A DNA stretch of 64,000 nucleotides from Macrostomum lignano. Its lineage: Eukaryota. Positions 60,241 through 64,000 of the stretch are shown here, piece after piece; positions within the stretch are counted from its first letter, which is position 1; each line of letters opens with the position of its first letter. The position numbers and the translations under genes were made by a program. Under the pieces are notes generated by a model that saw only the letters and a program-made list of their open reading frames with translations, was not told the DNA's origin and did not search any database. The DNA lies in NCBI GenBank assembly GCA_002269645.1, contig NIVC01000981.1, positions 329,592 through 393,591 on the forward strand, in the 5' to 3' direction.

Positions 60241-62497
60241 CATTTAGCTTGACCTATTTCTGAGAGGCTTCTATAATATTTTTGAGCTTGATGTTGCTGG
60301 ATGTAAATATTTTTCCAACAACACATCTGCGGTTTCTTGACTTGCGAAAACTGATAATGCCATAAACTGGGACCAAGCACAAGTTTGCACTACCATGGCA
60401 GATAAATAACTAAAAGCTGACAGAAAAATGGCCTATAGGCAAAGGGCAGAGCCACTGTCGCAGTTGCTCATAAATTTCAGCCACAGCTTCTATCACTGTA
60501 GGTAGCATTGTGAATTCAAACCACTGAGTTGCACCGCAGCTGCAGGCAAAAGACTTCTCAGGCTGTGAGTGGCTGCTATAGGCTGACTTTTTATCTCTAT
60601 CCGCCGACAAAAGAGAAAGAGAACGAGCTCACAATGGAGACAAATTTTGGAGAAGGAAAAAGCCAGACTTCCAAACCGAAAGCCGGCAAAAAATGTGGCG
60701 CGTTCTGTTTCAACTGGGTTCAGCAACAATGGAATAGAAAAATATTTATGACACTCCGTCTGTCAGGCCATATGTTACAGGCCTTATTATTCACTCCCTT
60801 CCTTCGTTTCTCTTCTTTATATCTTTTGCTTTACTAATGCTTATAGTATTCGCAAACTGAAGTATAGTCAGAAGCTTATTTTAACCAGTACTTAAATTGC
60901 TCAAAATAATGAACTGTAGACTCAGATTGTGTGCTCGAAAATTGGGTTCTCGTGCCATTCACAGCTACGAGGGCCAGCCCCAAGGCACAGAGGGTGTTCT
61001 ACATACCTGACGATTAGTATGTAAGCGTGTCTTCGTACAGTATTGGCGCACTTGCATGTGCTCAGAGGCAGCAGAATGAGCAGAATTGTCGTCAGCGCTG
61101 CTTGTGAGACGATGCCATCGAAGGCGTTGCGCCAGGGTGCCCGCAGCCCTTCTGCGAATACACGACTGCGAATATTGATCTTTAGTAAGGGAATAAAATC
61201 GATGCAGTAGGAAACACAATTTATTGAGAGAAAAATTGTCTTTTTTAAAACCTCTTGTTGAATTTCTAAAGTTACTTTGCAGAGTTTCCCAGCTCAGCGG
61301 GAAAAGAATAATAAAATCAACGAGGCCAAGTGGCTCACTCTCCGAAGAATGTTTCATTAATAATATAACGCGTCAATGGGCCCTGTTCTTCTGGTCAGAA
61401 ATTGGTTTGGGTCGATTTTTTGTTCGTTCATTTGCCCTAAAAAATTCGGGGTTGGACAAGCGATGGCAGCTGGACTGACAACCCACGGTGCTTAGCCATG
61501 CTTTCGGGTCACCCGCCACGGTGCGGGGGGCGGCTTGGTGTCTTACAGAAATGCAACAAGAATATGGAACCGCTCGGGGCAATATGAAGATGGGCATGGA
61601 CACAAAAATGGGAGAAGGGCATTATTTATGCATGCTGGCTGTTGAGAGTTTTGCTGCGACCAAGAAAAGCCGCTCTCTTCTTCCAACACGGCGGAGGCGT
61701 CGCTTGAGATGCAACCGTGTACTGTCTGTATTCTGGGAAACTGTTTCACAGCAAAGCTATAGAGAAAGATACTGACACTGTACAAACACTGAGAGGGATG
61801 AATTTCTTGCCTGTATCTATCTCCTATTCACGTCACTCCATCTTGGCTCCCACTCCTAGATCGACATGTTTGTCATGCAGGCGGCTGCTAGATTTCCATC
61901 TGCAGTCCCATCAGATAGGCGCTGAGAGAGGCCCTAACCCGGAATTAGCACTCTCTTCCTTCTCTTTCTGTTTCGAATTAAATTTGCCCAATATTAGGGG
62001 TGTTTTTCGCGCCTCTGCATTAATTGGCGAGGTTTTGGAAATAGGGGAAGCTTCTGCTCACGATTCGCCTTCTAGCAGCGCATCCGGGACTCACTTTTGA
62101 TTGAAAAGGATAGCCAAAGGAAAGACGGAACCGCTCTGCCTGTCCCTGGCCTTGCTCGCGGCCCCCTGCCTGAATAATTTGAGTCGGCAAGGGCTGTCCA
62201 ATTAGCCAGAAGCTGCTTCCGTTGCTTATCTAAGCCAGCCGGTCTTCTTAAAATTCAGAATCGCAGACAATTCGACGGTGGCTGCTATAGCTCAAGCCAA
62301 ATTAGTTGCGAACGAATCAATCAATGGCGTTCTCTTTTGCAGCCTCGTCGCTGACTGTTCTGCAGTCTCTGGGCATCACTGAGAAGCTTCAAGAGCAGGT
62401 TACTCGAATTCGAGGCGAATTTGAAAGGTAGGACAATACTTAATGCTCTGTCACCAACCGAGGGATACCCATTGGACTAAGCCTCCAATAGTCTTTA

Positions 62498-62861
62498 AAG
62501 AGGTTGTGAACTTAAGCGCGATTTGGAAGCCGTGAGTCCAGCAACCAAACCAACTCGAAATATGGCCCGTAAAAAAGCATCAACGCAAGAGGGGTGCGGT
62601 TTTCGACGATTCTTCTCTCATTGTCGGTCCAGTAGAGAGATCCGATAGAGAAACCGGCTCAATCGGCCACCGCTTCCATTTCAGAGCCTTAAGTTCACAT
62701 GAAATCCCCATTTTTCCCTTTTATCCATGCGGAAGCGGCCGGGGTGGAAGAAAGATCAATTACGCTTTTCTTGTCTATTTTGGGTCTGAATAGTGAGAAT
62801 TTCGCAGCGGTTTGGTTGCTGAACTCACGGCTTCCAAATCGCGCTTAAGTTCACATCCTCT
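62498..62861. mobile_element. Non-autonomous DNA transposon (MITE) with about 53-bp TIRs, possibly Kolobok-like
   Basis: AGAGGTTGTGAACTTAAGCGCGATTTGGAAGCCGTGAGTCCAGCAACCAAACC (62499-62551) versus reverse complement of 62809-62861; flanks TTAA / TTTA. Confidence 0.75.
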
Positions 62862-63329
62862 TTATACCAAGGACTTGCATTTTTAACCGATTGTTCTCCA
62901 AAAAACTCTACTTCTAAAACGAGTTTTATGGTCTCTATTGTTGGCTTCCTAGAAATTGAGATAGTAAAGATAGATAAAGTTTGAGACTTCTCTTGTTTTA
63001 TTATATGCGTTTGTTTGGATTTCGCCCTCGTTAATACCTAAAAAGTATACTGTATGGATAAAAGCATACTACAGGCAATAGAAAACCGTCAGGCAAACAG
63101 AAGACACAAATATCTTTTGACAATGCAATAAGTCTTTAAATGTAGGCAGCTGCCCAAGCCACTTGTAGTTGTCAACTTGCAGTGCATCTGAGATGGCTGT
63201 ACGCTATCAGTGCGAGAGTATTTTATAATGAAAACCGTCAAAATAGAAGCGCAGCGAGTGCAGAAAAACGTCTGTGCCGTGCTAAATTAATTGTTTATTC
63301 AAGCTAGGCAAGCAAATGCCAAGTTTTTA

Positions 63330-64000
63330 TCACAGTGTCGCTTATCACAGTATCGCTTATCAACAGTGTCGCTTATCACAGTGTCGCTTATTAGAGTGTC
63401 GTTTATTACAGTGTCGCTTATCACAGTGTCGCTTGTCACAGTGTCGCTTATCAGAGTGTCGCTTATCAATTTTCGCTTATTATAGTGTCGCTTATCACAG
63501 TGTCGCTTATTACAGTGTCGCTTATCACAGTGTCGCTTATTACAGTGTCGCTTATTACAGTGTCGCTTATCTCAGTGTCGCTTATCTCAGTGTCGTTTAT
63601 CACAGTGTCGCTTATTAGAGTGTCGCTTGTCACAGTGTCGCTTTTAGAGTGTCGCTTATCTCAGAGTCGCTTATCTCAGTGTCGTTTATCACAGTGTCGC
63701 TTATTACAGTGTCGCTTATTAGAGTGTCGCTTATTAGAGTGTCGCTTATCATAGTGCCGCCTATCGCAGTGTCGCTTGTCCAGTGTCGCTTATTAGAGTG
63801 TCGCTTATCTCAGAGTCGCTTATCTCAGTGTCGTTTATCAACAGTGTCGCTTATTACAGTGTTGCTATTAGAGTGTCGCTTATCTCAGTGTCGTTTATCA
63901 CAGTGTCGCTTATTACAGTGTCGCTTATTAGAGTGTCGCTTATTAGAGTGTCGCTTATTAGAGTGTCGCTTATCATAGTGCCGCCTATCGCAGTGTCGCT
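63330..64000. repeat. 15-bp minisatellite (ACAGTGTCGCTTATT), runs off window end
   Basis: Direct tandem units. Confidence 0.95.

Overview
Eukaryotic, intron-rich animal DNA. The style (poly-Q proteins, very dense minisatellites, TTAGGG-type tracts) is compatible with a spiralian such as the flatworm Macrostomum; this is inference only. From left to right the window holds: (1) the last exon of a Bsx/Barx-like NK-class homeobox gene (+), tail-to-tail with a 5-6-exon gene (-) joining two C2H2 zinc fingers to a TALE homeodomain; (2) about 18 kb of minisatellite, microsatellite and Helitron-like non-coding DNA; (3) a single-exon class A GPCR; (4) a divergent REV7/MAD2L2-like HORMA exon; (5) two tandem Mcr/TEP6-type thioester-family genes (-), one apparently intact (48.3-58.7 kb) and one decayed (34.5-47.2 kb). 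The most striking object is a full-length, open 4.45-kb Ingi/I-group LINE inserted in sense orientation in intron 1 of the decayed copy. It starts exactly with a sequence that folds by eye into a complete HDV-like self-cleaving ribozyme, encodes a 2A-like peptide (DVEPNPGP) ahead of 2xPHD-APE-RT-RNase H, is flanked by a 19-nt target-site duplication, and is in frame with the host signal-peptide exon. All gene models were built by hand from GT/AG sites and phase compatibility; no database searches or folding programs were run.
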